Position numbers and translations under genes: made by a program. The notes under the pieces are model-generated. The model saw nothing but the letters and a program-made list of their open reading frames with translations. It did no database searches and was not told where the DNA came from. A stretch of 64,000 nucleotides of DNA, taken from Octopus sinensis. Its lineage: Eukaryota. Below, one piece after another: positions 42,861-55,087 of this stretch. The first letter of the stretch is position 1. Each line of letters opens with the position of its first letter. The stretch covers positions 44,950,001-45,014,000 of the forward strand of contig NC_043003.1 of assembly GCF_006345805.1 (NCBI RefSeq), read 5' to 3'.

Positions 42861-43134
42861 AAGGCGAAAAATATATTATAAGGTGTAAGTCGTTCCTTAC
42901 TGTTTTGTGAAGTGTAGTGCAGGAGTTCATTATAGATTTTACCTTGTGTTCCGATGGGAGCAACAGTAGTGATTCTTGGTTGACGACTGTTAGCGTAATA
43001 TATATATATATATATACATAGATAGATAGATATATAGATAGATATATATAGAGAGAGAGAGATACATAGATAGATAGATTTCGTTTGGGGATTTGGTTTG
43101 CAAGATTCTTTATATGAGTTCGTGTGTTGAATCA

Positions 43135-43261
43135 TATTCTGGGGAGAGTCATTCTCTTTTAGTGCCCTATAATGTGTAAGAAAATAAAAATGAAATAAGT
43201 GGAAATTTTACCGGTGAGTGTTAAATTATAAGACACTAAAAGCGAATGACTCTACCCAGAT

Positions 43262-43262
<1 letters not shown>
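43135..43262. repeat. Imperfect inverted repeat, arms about 38 bp, spacer about 51 nt
   Basis: tattctggggagagtcattctcttttagtgccctataat versus attataagacactaaaagcgaatgactctacccagata. Confidence 0.8.
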
Positions 43263-43336
<74 letters not shown>

Positions 43337-43382
43337 TGTGTGTGTGTGTGTGTGTGTTATCTCTGTGAACTACTAGATTGTG

Positions 43383-43466
43383 AAATCCTGATGAGGGGTT
43401 CAATACCGACATACGATTTAACTTACTATAGGCAATGAACTCTCGAAATGGGGATAGATGTAGATT
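43383..43466 (+). ncRNA. Candidate type-I hammerhead with long stem II and weak stem III
   Basis: aaatc-CTGATGA-ggggttca[33 nt]tgaactct-c-GAAA-tgggatagatg-TA-gattt. Stem I is 5 bp; stem III has only A-U plus wobbles. Confidence 0.4.
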
Positions 43467-43745
43467 TTGACTTACTCTTTTGGGGAATTCTCTTACGCTC
43501 CTTGGATACCGGACTTATCATGGATTGCTTCAGTTTTAAGAAGTGACTATTTTGATATATTTCGAATCGGCGGGTAAATTTTCTAATCGATTGATATGTT
43601 TTAATAATTCACTTTAATCACCTATTTTAGTCGATTTTTATACGCATTTTTTCGGGATAGGTCCTTCTACATATTTTTGTATTTTTTTATATGTGCATAT
43701 ATATGTATATATATATACTTTATTTTAAGCAGCAGAAAATTCAAC

Positions 43746-43792
43746 AAAATCTGTTACTCTGAGTTTCTCGTTGCCGTTCATCAGACAGTTTT
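43746..43792 (-). ncRNA. Type-I hammerhead ribozyme motif (mirror copy in left arm)
   Basis: Exact reverse complement of 43801-43847. Confidence 0.65.
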
Positions 43793-43800
43793 TGCTAGCA

Positions 43801-43847
43801 AAAACTGTCTGATGAACGGCAACGAGAAACTCAGAGTAACAGATTTT
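43801..43847 (+). ncRNA. Type-I hammerhead ribozyme motif
   Basis: aaaactgt-CTGATGA-a-cg[gcaa]cg-a-GAAA-ctcagag-TA-acagatttt. The core is intact, stem III is quasi-palindromic (ACUC-A-GAGU), and the predicted GUA cut is after 43838. Stem II is only 2 bp with an A.A closing pair. Confidence 0.65.
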
Positions 43848-44620
43848 GTTGAATTTTCTGCTGCTTAAAATAAAGCATATTACTCTACCACTGGTATTTG
43901 AGTACTCTTTTTTCCACCTTGTTTCACATTTATGTGTTTACTCCGGTATATATATATATATATATATATATAACCTACTGTATTTATATATATATTTCTT
44001 TTATATGTTGCAGACCATGGTATTATTTGTATATAATGAAATGTATAGCAGCGTGGGGTTATATAGGCCCGGATTTTGTGTTTGTTCTTTAATTAATGTA
44101 TATATGTATTGGATTTATATATGTATCTTTCTCATTCTCTTCTATCTTCCACCTCTCTCTCTCTCTCTCTCCCTCTCTTTACATATATACTAGCCACCTA
44201 CCTTCTCCCTGGCTCTTGGAAAAATGATTAGTGACCAAGATATTTAGCCATGTATAGGGTCACCTAAAATCCAGTGGAATTGCTGAGAAAGTTCCATTCC
44301 ATATGTTCATGGATGTAACAAATGCGTTGCTCAAAGATCACATATCCTTTTTAAATCGACGAACTCCACCGCATTACTGAATACCAGATAAGAAATGTTC
44401 AGCAAATGGAAACACATGAACTAAGATTCATTTGGCGAATTCGAGAACACCACCCTCTCAGGATTGAGAAACCGGATCGCAGACTTTAGAGCAATTTCCT
44501 TGATTCTAAACTAACGAGCTTTATAGTCTAACCGGCACAGGGAACATAATTCTAATTCTTTCTTTTTCCTTTTCTTTTCACTTATCCTCCCAGTTTTGCA
44601 TTTACCTTTCTCTATATAAA

Positions 44621-44700
<80 letters not shown>

Positions 44701-44706
44701 ATGTAT

Positions 44707-44762
<56 letters not shown>

Positions 44763-45699
44763 CAAACATACATACATACATATATGTATTTTTAGAATAA
44801 AAACACCTTTTAACTATTTAAAAAAAAATTATCACTCCATTCTTCTATCCACTCTTGTGTTTGACAATAGTATTCCCATCTACCTAAAATTTTGCAGATA
44901 TTGTAATTTTGATTTCAAATTTTACTTGTTTGTGGGCTGTTGTTTAAAAAAGTTTCTGATCACTTGTTTATTTGGGAAGACTAATGAGTTGTGTGTTGCA
45001 CAACGTATTACATAATCGTATTGATGCTCTGCATAGTGAATACCTCACTACTTACGTCACAATAATGGATTTTTATGAAACAGTTGTAACAGTAACAAAT
45101 AAAGCTTGTGTGTGCTTTATTTTGCTTTTACGCCATGCTTAATCTTCCATTCATCTTTGTATACTTTTGGTGTTTAGGATTGCCAAACAGCTGTGCAATT
45201 CCCTTCATCGATGCATCTCATACTAAGTGTTAATACATATTCATTTCATAAGAATAGTAGAAGAGCGTCAAAATGTTAATTGACTTAAAGCCAAATGGAA
45301 ATAAATCCAAATGGAAATAAGAGGGTTAAACGAATCTGATATTTGTTAGTTAAGGTTGCGACGCTGGACATGTTTCTATTCCATCAGAGATACGTACACA
45401 AAGCACCACAAACAGAGAATCGATTGATAATTATTTTCAGTAATTAAATTAGGTATATTAGCTCGCAATTAATTTACTAATGGCTCTTTATGCACAAGGC
45501 ACCATAGGGAGAATTTCTGATAAAATTGTGAAATCATCTTATCAGCTAAATTATTTTAACGCTACTAATGTTTAACATATACCCACCGAGTGATTTAATT
45601 TTCTAGGCCGTACTCTTTTGAATATGTGTTATTGTTGTTGCTTTAGTTTATTATAACTGAAGCGTATCAGGAAGGAGAAGAAAAATCATATTCACTCCA

Positions 45700-47619
45700 C
45701 TTCGTTTATCAGTATAAATTGGTGGTAATGGCTGAATGAATGGCTGACAACAGATTGACAGCTGCATGGAGCACCACAAAGATATTTAACTCGGCAACTC
45801 TTCATCTATCATTCGATATTCCGATCTACCAGCCATACGAGCCTGCGCCTTCAGCGTAACGAGTACATGGGGAACCCACTACTAACTCCATGCTTTTACA
45901 TATTCCGATCAGAATAATCCACCTCAATTCTTACATTTTTATCACCCCTGCTCTATCACTATACCACTTTAACTTTGACTCTTTTCCTCTCTATCACACT
46001 CGTTCCCAGGCACTTGAGTCACACTCAAACCCAAATCACATCACATACACCAACACGTTTCCACATTCGCACACATCTCTCATATACCCATATGCAACCT
46101 CTTATCTCCACTACAACCCTCTTTACTTGACACACCCACATACGCCAGCATGTTGACACACACATGCCCAAATATGTCATCATGTTGAGAGACACATGCT
46201 CTAAGATATCAAAAAATTTCGCTCAGATACCTTCACACATATAATCATTTCCAACCATTTCCACTCCAGAAACGTTTCTTCTTTCACACTCACCCATAAG
46301 CACTCTACAAAATTGTTTCCGCTTAAGCATGTCTCTCCCACAATCCTGGAAACCTTCACACATCTACCAGTATCTACCACTATCCTGCGCACCTTCACAC
46401 ATCATCTCTTCACCAGCTCTCTCAAACATATACCCCAGCACATCAGTGTTTGTCATTTTTGATCAGTGCTTCCACCGAATACACATCTTTTATTGACCCC
46501 ATTTGTTTATTTAATTTGTGTTTGTTTCCTCACTGTTTTCCTATTTGCTTCCCTCCTTCCGCTTTGTAATCTGTACACTTACCTCCATCACTTTTTCTTG
46601 TACATCCAAGTGCTGTATTTTCCTTCTATAACTGAACTAAAATATTATTTTTTGCAACAATGTTACATTGTACCATCTTGCTCCCCTCTTCTTCATCATC
46701 ATCATCATTGTTCGACCGTGGTCGAGACAATGGAATTTACTATGTTACGCCAGACTTCACGGTCCATCATAGCATTACGGAGGTCCTGTTGCTGGATGCC
46801 TGTATCCCTGGAGATTACATCAGGGTAGGAGAGTGTGCACCCTCTGGTATTGCGAGTAGGTGGCTTCCAGAGGAGAAGAGTAGAAATTACTTCTTTTTCA
46901 GCTCTACAACAATGTCCAGCAAACTGGACTCTCCTACCTTTCACAAGAGATGACACAGGTGGTAGTTTCCCATATATTTGAATTTTGGTTGGATGGCGCT
47001 TCTACGAGAGATTTTGAGCTCTCATAAGGAGGCGAGTGTAGGTTCCATCCAACCGCCTCGCAAGCTTCTTTGATAACGTCCAGGTTTCTGAGCCATATAG
47101 TAGAATTGGTTCGACTGTGGTTTCAAGTTTGAAGTCTCTACTTAGATTTGATGGCCAGATCTTATGCATGTCATTACAGGCTTACCAGGCCATACCCTTT
47201 CTAGTTAGAAAGTCTTTTCCAGATGATGATATGTATGACCCAAGATATTTATAATCAGAAACCATATTTAAAGGCGCACTTCTTCATAACTTTCGTCCAT
47301 ATTACACTATCTTACATATACACGTTTATTCCACACACTCATCTCACCCTCTGGTTGCTCTTAATCTCGCAACCAATCCCATTTCTGCTGTTGCCTCGCA
47401 GAAACTTAACAATGGCACACACATGCACCATCATTTCACATCACAATAACATGAGCCACTATACTTTAGTACATGTACACAACTGATTACACATATACAA
47501 ACACATACAAACACACCCACACATACAAGCACACACAAACACACACACAAACAAACAAACACACACCTCGAAATAATTCCCCCAACGCTCTCACCTTATA
47601 CCCCAGTCAAAACACGGAG

Positions 47620-47704
<85 letters not shown>

Positions 47705-47950
47705 CACACCTATCGTTCCACCCTTGTCAATTCCCATAGAATCTCGTTCACCCCTGGCACCAAACCTACTTCCGTTTGTTTCTCTTCCCAGTAAATTTTC
47801 TTCTTTCACACATCTTCTCAACATTCATTGTATATCTTACTTATCATAAAGTTATAAGCGTCCGCAAAGTAACTACTCATTGTTCTGTTTTAAGTCTTAA
47901 TCTGAAACAACACTTGTCCAAACTTGTCACTTCTGAGTTATCTATTTATT
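45700..47950 (+). mobile_element. Possible old PLE remnant (GIY-YIG C-terminus plus C-rich 3' region) interrupted by the RTE
   Basis: NRLTA/MEHHKDI*LGNSSSII resembles RLxDRFxEHxRDIxLGN, followed by a strongly C-rich, G-poor tract on both sides of the RTE. Weak. Confidence 0.3.
46688..47228 (-). mobile_element. RTE-clade LINE, 5'-truncated, with (GAT)n tail
   Basis: DFLTRKGMAW...TVEPILLYGSETWTLSKKLARRLDGTYTRLLMRAQN...LVKGRRVQFAGHCCR...LLLWKP...DREVWR, then gatgatgatgat. Confidence 0.92.
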
Positions 47951-47960
47951 TGTTTTAATA

Positions 47961-48350
47961 TATAGGGTGTTGCATAAAGAGCGCCGAATTTGAATTGGGT
48001 GACACTTTTGTCTTTTGAAGTTTGAAGGCTTGATAACTCTTATCACTCCGATCAACATGTTTTTCTTTGTTTTTTTCAGAATAGTGTGCTGTGTTATAGT
48101 GCAGTTACAACAGAACAACGCGTTTTCATTGAGAAGACATTTTACCAAAACGGAGAAAGTGCGACGCAAACAACTCGAACACATCGTACCATTTTCGGGA
48201 GATATGAAGCACCCGACAAGTCTCAGGTTCGCAGACTAATGACGAAGTTTAAAACAACTGGTTCAGTTGCAACAGACAAATCTCCTGGGCGGAATCTTTC
48301 TTGTCGGAAGGAACAAAAACGTACAATGCGAAGGAATGAACAATGCCAGC
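47961..48350 (+). mobile_element. Tc1/mariner-superfamily 5' fragment: left end and N-terminal HTH of the transposase
   Basis: Starts TA|TAGGGTGTT. The translation TTEQRVFIEKTFYQNGESATQT...FGRYEAPDKSQVRRLMTKFKTTGSV...SPGR resembles the DUF4817-type HTH found on these transposases. Confidence 0.8.
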
Positions 48351-49908
48351 TGTATCATCAAAACATAGAGAGGTATCTATTTGGATAATTAGGAATTAAG
48401 GCAGTGGGGGGGGGAGGGAAATGTTGCAAAAGTTTTATAAAATAGGAATGTGAAATTAGTAGACAAAGAGAGGAATTAATTCTTTAGGAAAAGAATTAAG
48501 GATGGTCATAAAGATGATAATTACGGTTAAGGGGAGGTAATGACTTGGGAAGTGACCTAAATTGGTAGAGTATAAAATAAACTCTAACATCCACAGTACC
48601 TAAGCAGTGAGCTGACTAGCCAATCAAACAGCTGGCTACACATTCCATAATTCATGCAGCCTAGTAGTCATATGGATCAGTATAAGTACAAATCCCTAAA
48701 TTGATTAAATGATGGCAATTTAATTACTTGCTAATTATTATTATTGTTACAGATGCAGGCTCATACAACATTTTGCTCAATCATACTCAATACATATTAT
48801 TATATCATGATTATTATTTTTATCCTTATATCAACCCATGCTTGGATGTATAGATATGGGAGTTTCCACAATTTTTTCTTCCATGCATGTATTAATACAC
48901 CTAACAGCAATAATACTTCGTAGAAAAGCGCAAACTACAATGCAAAGCACATGCAAATACAAACTAAAAGAGGTGTGAAGATGATATTAAAGTGTTAAAT
49001 AAATTTTTGTTATGCGGAAGGGCCTGTTATTGAAATGAGTAAAACAAATAGGGGTCTCCAATAAATGGAATTAATCCCATGCTGACCGAAATTAGATTAC
49101 AACTGAAATAAAAATAAGTGAACCAAGCCATCAAATTGTATAGAAAAGTAAAGTTAGTTGCATATAAATCCAAAATAATTCATTAAGGTGGCAGGTCAAG
49201 GTTCCATTTGGGTGAGGTAATGGTAGGGGGATGGGTATTTGTGCACTCAATAGTCTAAATTAAGTTAAGAGTTAATAGGACTGGTGTCATATAATTAAAA
49301 GGGGGTGAGAATGCTGTATTGAGGAATCTTAAATAAATAAAATATATTATATAATTTAGTTATTATGTGTGGGAGGGGAATTTTTAAACTCGGGTAGGTT
49401 TGTTGTAGGTAATACTGGATTACTTATAAGAGGCCTAGGTATGTAAGTCTATTAAACTAGCTTTAATTGGAAGCAGATATATGCCATCATTTAGTATCGA
49501 ATTCTGTTATATCTATGGTGGAGAGCTCTGGGTGCTCTTTGTGGGGATGATGGAAATAGGGTCCCTATTACTATTTATATCTAGAGAAGGTAAATTTACA
49601 TTTGTGCAGGCAAGCTTTATTTTCTCTTCTCTAAAGTTATGTAATGGGAGTCGGGCTTCTCATACGAGAATTTTTTCATTAATGCACAAATGACTTTTCT
49701 TATTTTTTTACATTGCACGAAGGTGCGGAGGAGAGGAATTTTCATTCTAAAACAAATATGATAGCTTTATCTTTAAGCTCCGAAATATATTTTTCTTAAT
49801 CCGGTCGAGTTAATCTTATTTCTGTTTCTGAAAGTGTGTGGTTTGCAGCTATCTTCGTTTCGTTTAATTTTAGGTATCTCTTATATATATATTATATATA
49901 TATATATC

Positions 49909-49956
<48 letters not shown>

Positions 49957-49960
49957 TATA

Positions 49961-50292
49961 ATAACGGGAAGCTTTATGAAAATAAACAAAAGACGAAGGC
50001 AGGTGGAAACAAAACGAACAATTGTATTAGTATGGCGCTCAGGAAATATAAATAAAACAAGTCTTTAACGTTTCGAGCCTACGCTCTTCAACAGAAAGAT
50101 ACACAGAGAGAGAAAAACACAGAAAGAAGGAGAGAAAAAAAATGCGTGCAGTAGCTAACGATCAACAGGCGCTGATTTCGGCCAGAGGTCAAAGATCAAA
50201 CATGAGACGCGAGAGCGAAATAAGGGGAGATAATAGGGTTGATAAAAGGGTTGAGGGACCAGCTAAAAGTGCGTGGGAGGGTCTGGATGTGT
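49961..50292 (-). mobile_element. Second PLE pseudo-LTR fragment nested in the GIY-YIG coding region
   Basis: A non-coding segment with TA repeats at both junctions. It separates ...RIYI from the ...NH.TFRN part of the endonuclease and carries a hammerhead motif. Confidence 0.6.
50062..50099 (-). ncRNA. Minimal type-I hammerhead motif, A6U core variant
   Basis: tcttt-CTGTTGA-a-gagc[gtag]gctc-GAAA-cg-TT-aaaga. Stem I is 5 bp, stem II 4 bp, and stem III the palindrome ACGU. Confidence 0.65.
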
Positions 50293-51345
50293 GTATGTAT
50301 ATATATATTCTTTTACTAAACTGTGTTGTGACTGTGCATTGGTAAATAACATCTTTCCTTTTAAAAATATTTTCACTGGCGCAGTTATCTCTATTCCTGA
50401 AGTCACATAGGTTGTGCTATGGGGGACAATTACTGGTGGGTTGGTGTGATGCGTATTATGATCGATAGGGTTATTATGGTTCTTGGTATTATCATTACTA
50501 GCTTTGGCGTGTTTATGGCGGGGGGGGGGGTTATTACTATTGTTATTATTGTTACTGTTATTAATGTTACTTCTATCTTCAAACTGACAGATTATAGCTA
50601 ATTGCATTTGTTATCTTTAATTATTACTCGAACAGTAATAAAAATGTCTAGTGTTTTATTATTTAGGGAGGAAATGCTACTAGCTAAGTTATGTGTAAGA
50701 AGGTAACCTATCTTTAGTATTTTAATATTAATAATTTCCGAATACCTGCTATTCTTATCAAAGTGTTTATTTATAATTTTAAATATAGATTTAGCTAAGT
50801 TCGTTTTAATTAGGATTACATACGGGAGAATAAGCCAATTAATATCTTTCGTTTTTCGAGTAATCTTACCGTACGACGCAATTATATTGCTGTTCGAGTG
50901 ACAAATGCTATGTTTGTGCTTATTTGTATTAAACATCTTATTATCTATGCTATGCGTGAACACTAGGTTTCTGCTTATCATGGTTTGAGTTATTGTTGTT
51001 GTCATCGTGATTAGTGATACTATTGGAAGCATTCATTCTTGGCTTCGTTCTCATCATTTTATTATTATATTTATTGCTATAATTACTGTTATAATTGGTG
51101 TTGTAAGTTCCATTCTTGTTAGTGTTGGGGACTATAAGTTTCTGCGCTTTATTACTTAATTTAGAAATATTGCTATACTCTTTATTATTGCTATTAATGT
51201 TATCAATGTTGTCATTAGTCATTATATTATTAAATGGGATATATTTAATTATACTTTCGTAATTCGTAACCTGTGTCTTTTACATCTTTAATGCATTGAT
51301 CTTTTTGTTTATTGAATAAGTCCTCATTAGTAGACAGATAAAAGT

Positions 51346-51381
<36 letters not shown>

Positions 51382-51403
51382 GAGAGAGAGAGAAGGAGAG
51401 ATT

Positions 51404-51450
<47 letters not shown>

Positions 51451-51689
51451 GTGCGTGTGTGTCTGTGTGTATTAGGTTCGGTGTACAGATATTGAATATA
51501 AAAAGGTCGGCCGAATTTTGGAAAAAAAATATTTTTCCAAAATTCCGGCGACATATGGTCTTCAGTTTTGCCAAATGACCGGCACAAATGATTTGTCTAT
51601 AGTGATCAAATGGTCGTGCCGCACACTACCTCACTTTCTCCATCAAATCGATTATGTCATAACAAGTGCACTGTGTGCCACGCGTCAGT

Positions 51690-51795
51690 TGTCGAAGTGA
51701 TTGCATAGCAACGTGAGATGAAATATTTTGTTCAATTACGCAACGCATCTCCAGGTCTAGAAATTGAAATCACCATCGCAACATCCTAACCACTA
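51690..51795 (-). mobile_element. SINE family B head fragment
   Basis: gcaacgtgagatgaaatattttgttcaattacgcaacgc...catcctaaccacta aligns with 1190-1273. Confidence 0.5.
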
Positions 51796-51920
51796 TATAT
51801 ATAAGAAAAGATATGACAGCACTTTTAATTGGCTGCACTGTCAAATCTATGACTGTTTGATGGGGGCAGGTTGGGCTTTCTTTATGCACTTATGCATACA
51901 TTCACACATACATATATAAA

Positions 51921-52083
51921 CGCAGAAGTGAATGTGTGGTTAGTAGCCTGCTTACCAACCACATGGTTCCGGGTTGAGTCCCACTGCGTGAAACTTTGAA
52001 CAAATGACTTCTACTATAGCCTCGGGCCGACCAAAGCCTTGTGAGTGGATTTGGTAGACGGAAGCTGAAAGAAGCCCGTCGTG

Positions 52084-52163
<80 letters not shown>

Positions 52164-52407
52164 TATGTGTGTATGAGTGTGTGTGTGTGTGTGTGTGTTT
52201 CTGTGTCTCTGTTTATCCCCCAATATCGCTTAACAAACGATGCTGGTGTGTTTAAGTCCCTGTCACTTAGCGGTTCGGCAGAGAAACTGATAGAATAAGT
52301 ACTAGGATTACAAAGAATAAGTCCTGGAGTCGATTTGCTCCGCTAAAGGCGGTACTCCAGCATGGCCGCAGTGAAATGACTGGAACAAATAAAAGGAAAA
52401 AGGAAAA
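51921..52407 (+). mobile_element. SINE family C, full length with internal TCTA/TA/TG microsatellite
   Basis: tRNA-like head (gtgtggttag...ggttgagtccc), body gcctcgggccgaccaaagccttgtgagtggatttggtagacgg, and tail ctccagcatggccgcagt...aaaagg. Confidence 0.85.
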
Positions 52408-53727
52408 ATACATACACGCATATATATGTGTATACTCTTTTAGTCGTCTCAGCCGCGCGTGTGTGTGTATATGTTTATATGGGTGTGTGTAGATATATAT
52501 AAGCGTGTATACAGATATATGTATATATATGTATATATATCTATACACAGGTATATCCAGGCATGTAAGCATATATGTGTATATATCTGTATGTATTTAT
52601 ATAAATATATACTTATATATATAGCAGGTGGTGCTATTAAGTTAGACATGGCCTGGGCCAATAATGGCCGAAACCTATCAAAGTATCAAAGTATCAAAGT
52701 ATATATATATATACATTTATATATAGACTTGTATTTATATGTATGTAAATATACACGTGCGTTTATGTGTGTGCGTACGTGTGTGTGCATGTGCATGCAT
52801 ATATATGTGTGTGTGTTTGTTTCCATTTACATACATATATACATAGGTATATGTGCATATGTTTCTATGCATATAAACATACACATATATTTACACACAT
52901 ACATAAACACAAATATAAATATATTGATGCATGTATGTTTTTGTGTGTGTGTGTGTGTGTTACACACGTCCCACACACACACTCTCGTACATACACTCAC
53001 ACATACAAACACACACACACACTAGTGCACACACTGTACTGGTTATTTTTAAGCACTTATACTTTGTATGTGTCTGAATATCAGTCAATCACTTGACTGC
53101 GTGCGTAATGGAATCTTCGCGCAGTTGTATCCTGAATTACTGTTATGTTCTACACTGATAGCGTCGAATTACAAATTCATTAGGTTTTCACTGCAGGTAG
53201 AAACAGAATATAATTCGAAGTTTTAGAATATGGATCTTTATCAAACAGCAGGAATTGCAGCTGAATGTTGTTTCCCAGCAGGTTCAAATTTCGGTCCCAA
53301 GTTAGGATACAATATATGAAACAGCATACCAAATAATGGGTCACTGAATTATCACAAATGATTGGTTTTTCAAAGTACAAACCATGTTCAAGTTAAATAA
53401 GCAGTTGAGGTATTTTACGTATATATATATATATATATATATGCATACATACGTATATATACATTCATGCATGCATACATACGTACATATGTTTGTGCAT
53501 GTGTATATGTGTGTGTGTGCATATTTCATTATATTTTTCCGAGTGGGTGCTTTTACGTACGCAGCTTTTCCAGAATACGTTGCGCATGTGTGAGTATGTA
53601 AGTAGATTCATGCCTTTAAATTGATCTACTTTTGAACTTATAGAAGTATACGGTGTAATTTTTCTAGCTTCACACACTTTGTCGCCAACATGTCTAACTG
53701 TACAAAAATACCATGTGCAGATATATA

Positions 53728-53840
53728 TACGGGGTGATGTTGAAAAGTTTCTGGTATTAAATGTATCGCAAAAGGCCTCGTTGGAGATCCATACTTCCAA
53801 GTTCTTTTACAGAATTAATAAAAACTGAAGGACTAAATTT
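53728..53840 (+). mobile_element. mariner-derived MITE, left half
   Basis: tacggggtgatgttgaaaagtttctgg matches the TIR of the two copies downstream. Confidence 0.55.
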
Positions 53841-53842
53841 TG

Positions 53843-53883
<41 letters not shown>

Positions 53884-53965
53884 TTGAATGGAATTCTAAC
53901 TCTGTTTTTTATGTTTTATTTATATTGTTTAGAATATTAATGTAGAACATAGAATATATAGAATG

Positions 53966-53996
<31 letters not shown>

Positions 53997-54141
53997 GTAA
54001 AATGAAACGAAGCATTGATTGTCTTATTGAATAGATGAAATATTGAATATCGATTATTAAAGGACTTGTATACTTTCTTGCATTTAAGAAGTCTTCAAGG
54101 TGCCAGGTTGTGACAGGAAAGTTTCAACTGTTTCAATGTTT

Positions 54142-54172
<31 letters not shown>

Positions 54173-54216
54173 TACATACATACACATATTAGTCCTTCAG
54201 TTATATATATATATAT

Positions 54217-54261
<45 letters not shown>

Positions 54262-54291
54262 CATTTTAGTCCTTCAGTTTATATATATATA

Positions 54292-54325
<34 letters not shown>

Positions 54326-54412
54326 TTATACATATGTGTTCATATGCAAGTATGCATGCATGTATGTATGTACGTATGTATGCCTGTTTGTATGCATGTA
54401 CGTACGTATGTA

Positions 54413-54635
54413 TAGGAGAGTGCGTCGAAAAATTCCTGGCTTCAAGTGTATCACGAAAGGCTTAATTGAAAGCTCATCTACGCTGAGTTATTTTACAGGG
54501 CATAGAAAACAGTAAAGGACCGCTACAATAGGTGTGTGAATCTGAGAAGGAATTATGCTGAATAAAATTATAATTAAGTGATCCTCCTGTATTTTCTGAC
54601 AGCCAAAGCCAGGAACTTTTCAGCACTTCATTGTA
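54413..54635 (+). mobile_element. mariner-derived MITE
   Basis: Left TIR ...gaaaaattcctggctt and right TIR aaagccaggaacttttcagcac...gta, with TA-type ends. Confidence 0.7.
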
Positions 54636-54918
54636 CAGATTATATTTTGAGTAAAATGATTGCCGATATAATTGCTGAAAAATAGAAGCTCTAGAAATCA
54701 CATATAGAATACACAATTATATATCACTACCCTTTTATCAACACTTTGATTTAAAAATCTTCCTTGTATTGAGTGTAGATTAGAGCCATTTAACATTATT
54801 TTGTGTTTTTCGACGACAAGCCTGTGCTGGAATCTTTGAACTGGCTTCTGTTTCTCTCTATACCAATTTTTTCCAACCTATTTTCTCCAAAGCCTCTCTA
54901 TAACGTTCCAGTCAATTG

Positions 54919-55087
54919 TACGATGGGGTGCGGAAAAGTTCCTAGCTTTGGGTAAATTCCAAACAGATTTCTCTCTCAGATTCACGCACTTATTGCAGTA
55001 TTTCTAAGCCCTGTAAAAGAACTCGGAATTCTAAACAGGCCGTTTGCCATAGCCTTTAAGCAAGGGACTTCTCAGCAACCCCTCGTA
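54919..55087 (-). mobile_element. mariner-derived MITE, opposite orientation
   Basis: tacgatggggtgcggaaaagttcctagcttt ... aagcaagggacttctcagcaacccctcgta. The internal gccctgtaaaa is the reverse complement of ttttacagggc in the previous copy. Confidence 0.7.

Larger units (their letters stand above)
43718..43875. repeat. Perfect 158-bp palindrome with no spacer
   Basis: Centre tttttgct|agcaaaaa between 43796 and 43797, with 79-bp arms and no mismatch found. Confidence 0.95.
48380..51250 (-). mobile_element. Degraded Penelope-like retroelement (RT C-terminal region, Cys-rich linker, GIY-YIG endonuclease, 3' region)
   Basis: In order on the minus strand: RKTKDINWLILPY...KTNLAKSIFKIINKHF...LKIGY...SSLNNKTL (51030-50600); LCDFRNRDNC...DVIYQCTVTTQFSKRIYI (50410-50300); NH/TFRNRNKINSTGLRK/ELKDK (49860-49750); HLCINEKILV...LHNFREE (49720-49600). 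The 3' boundary is uncertain. Confidence 0.8.
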
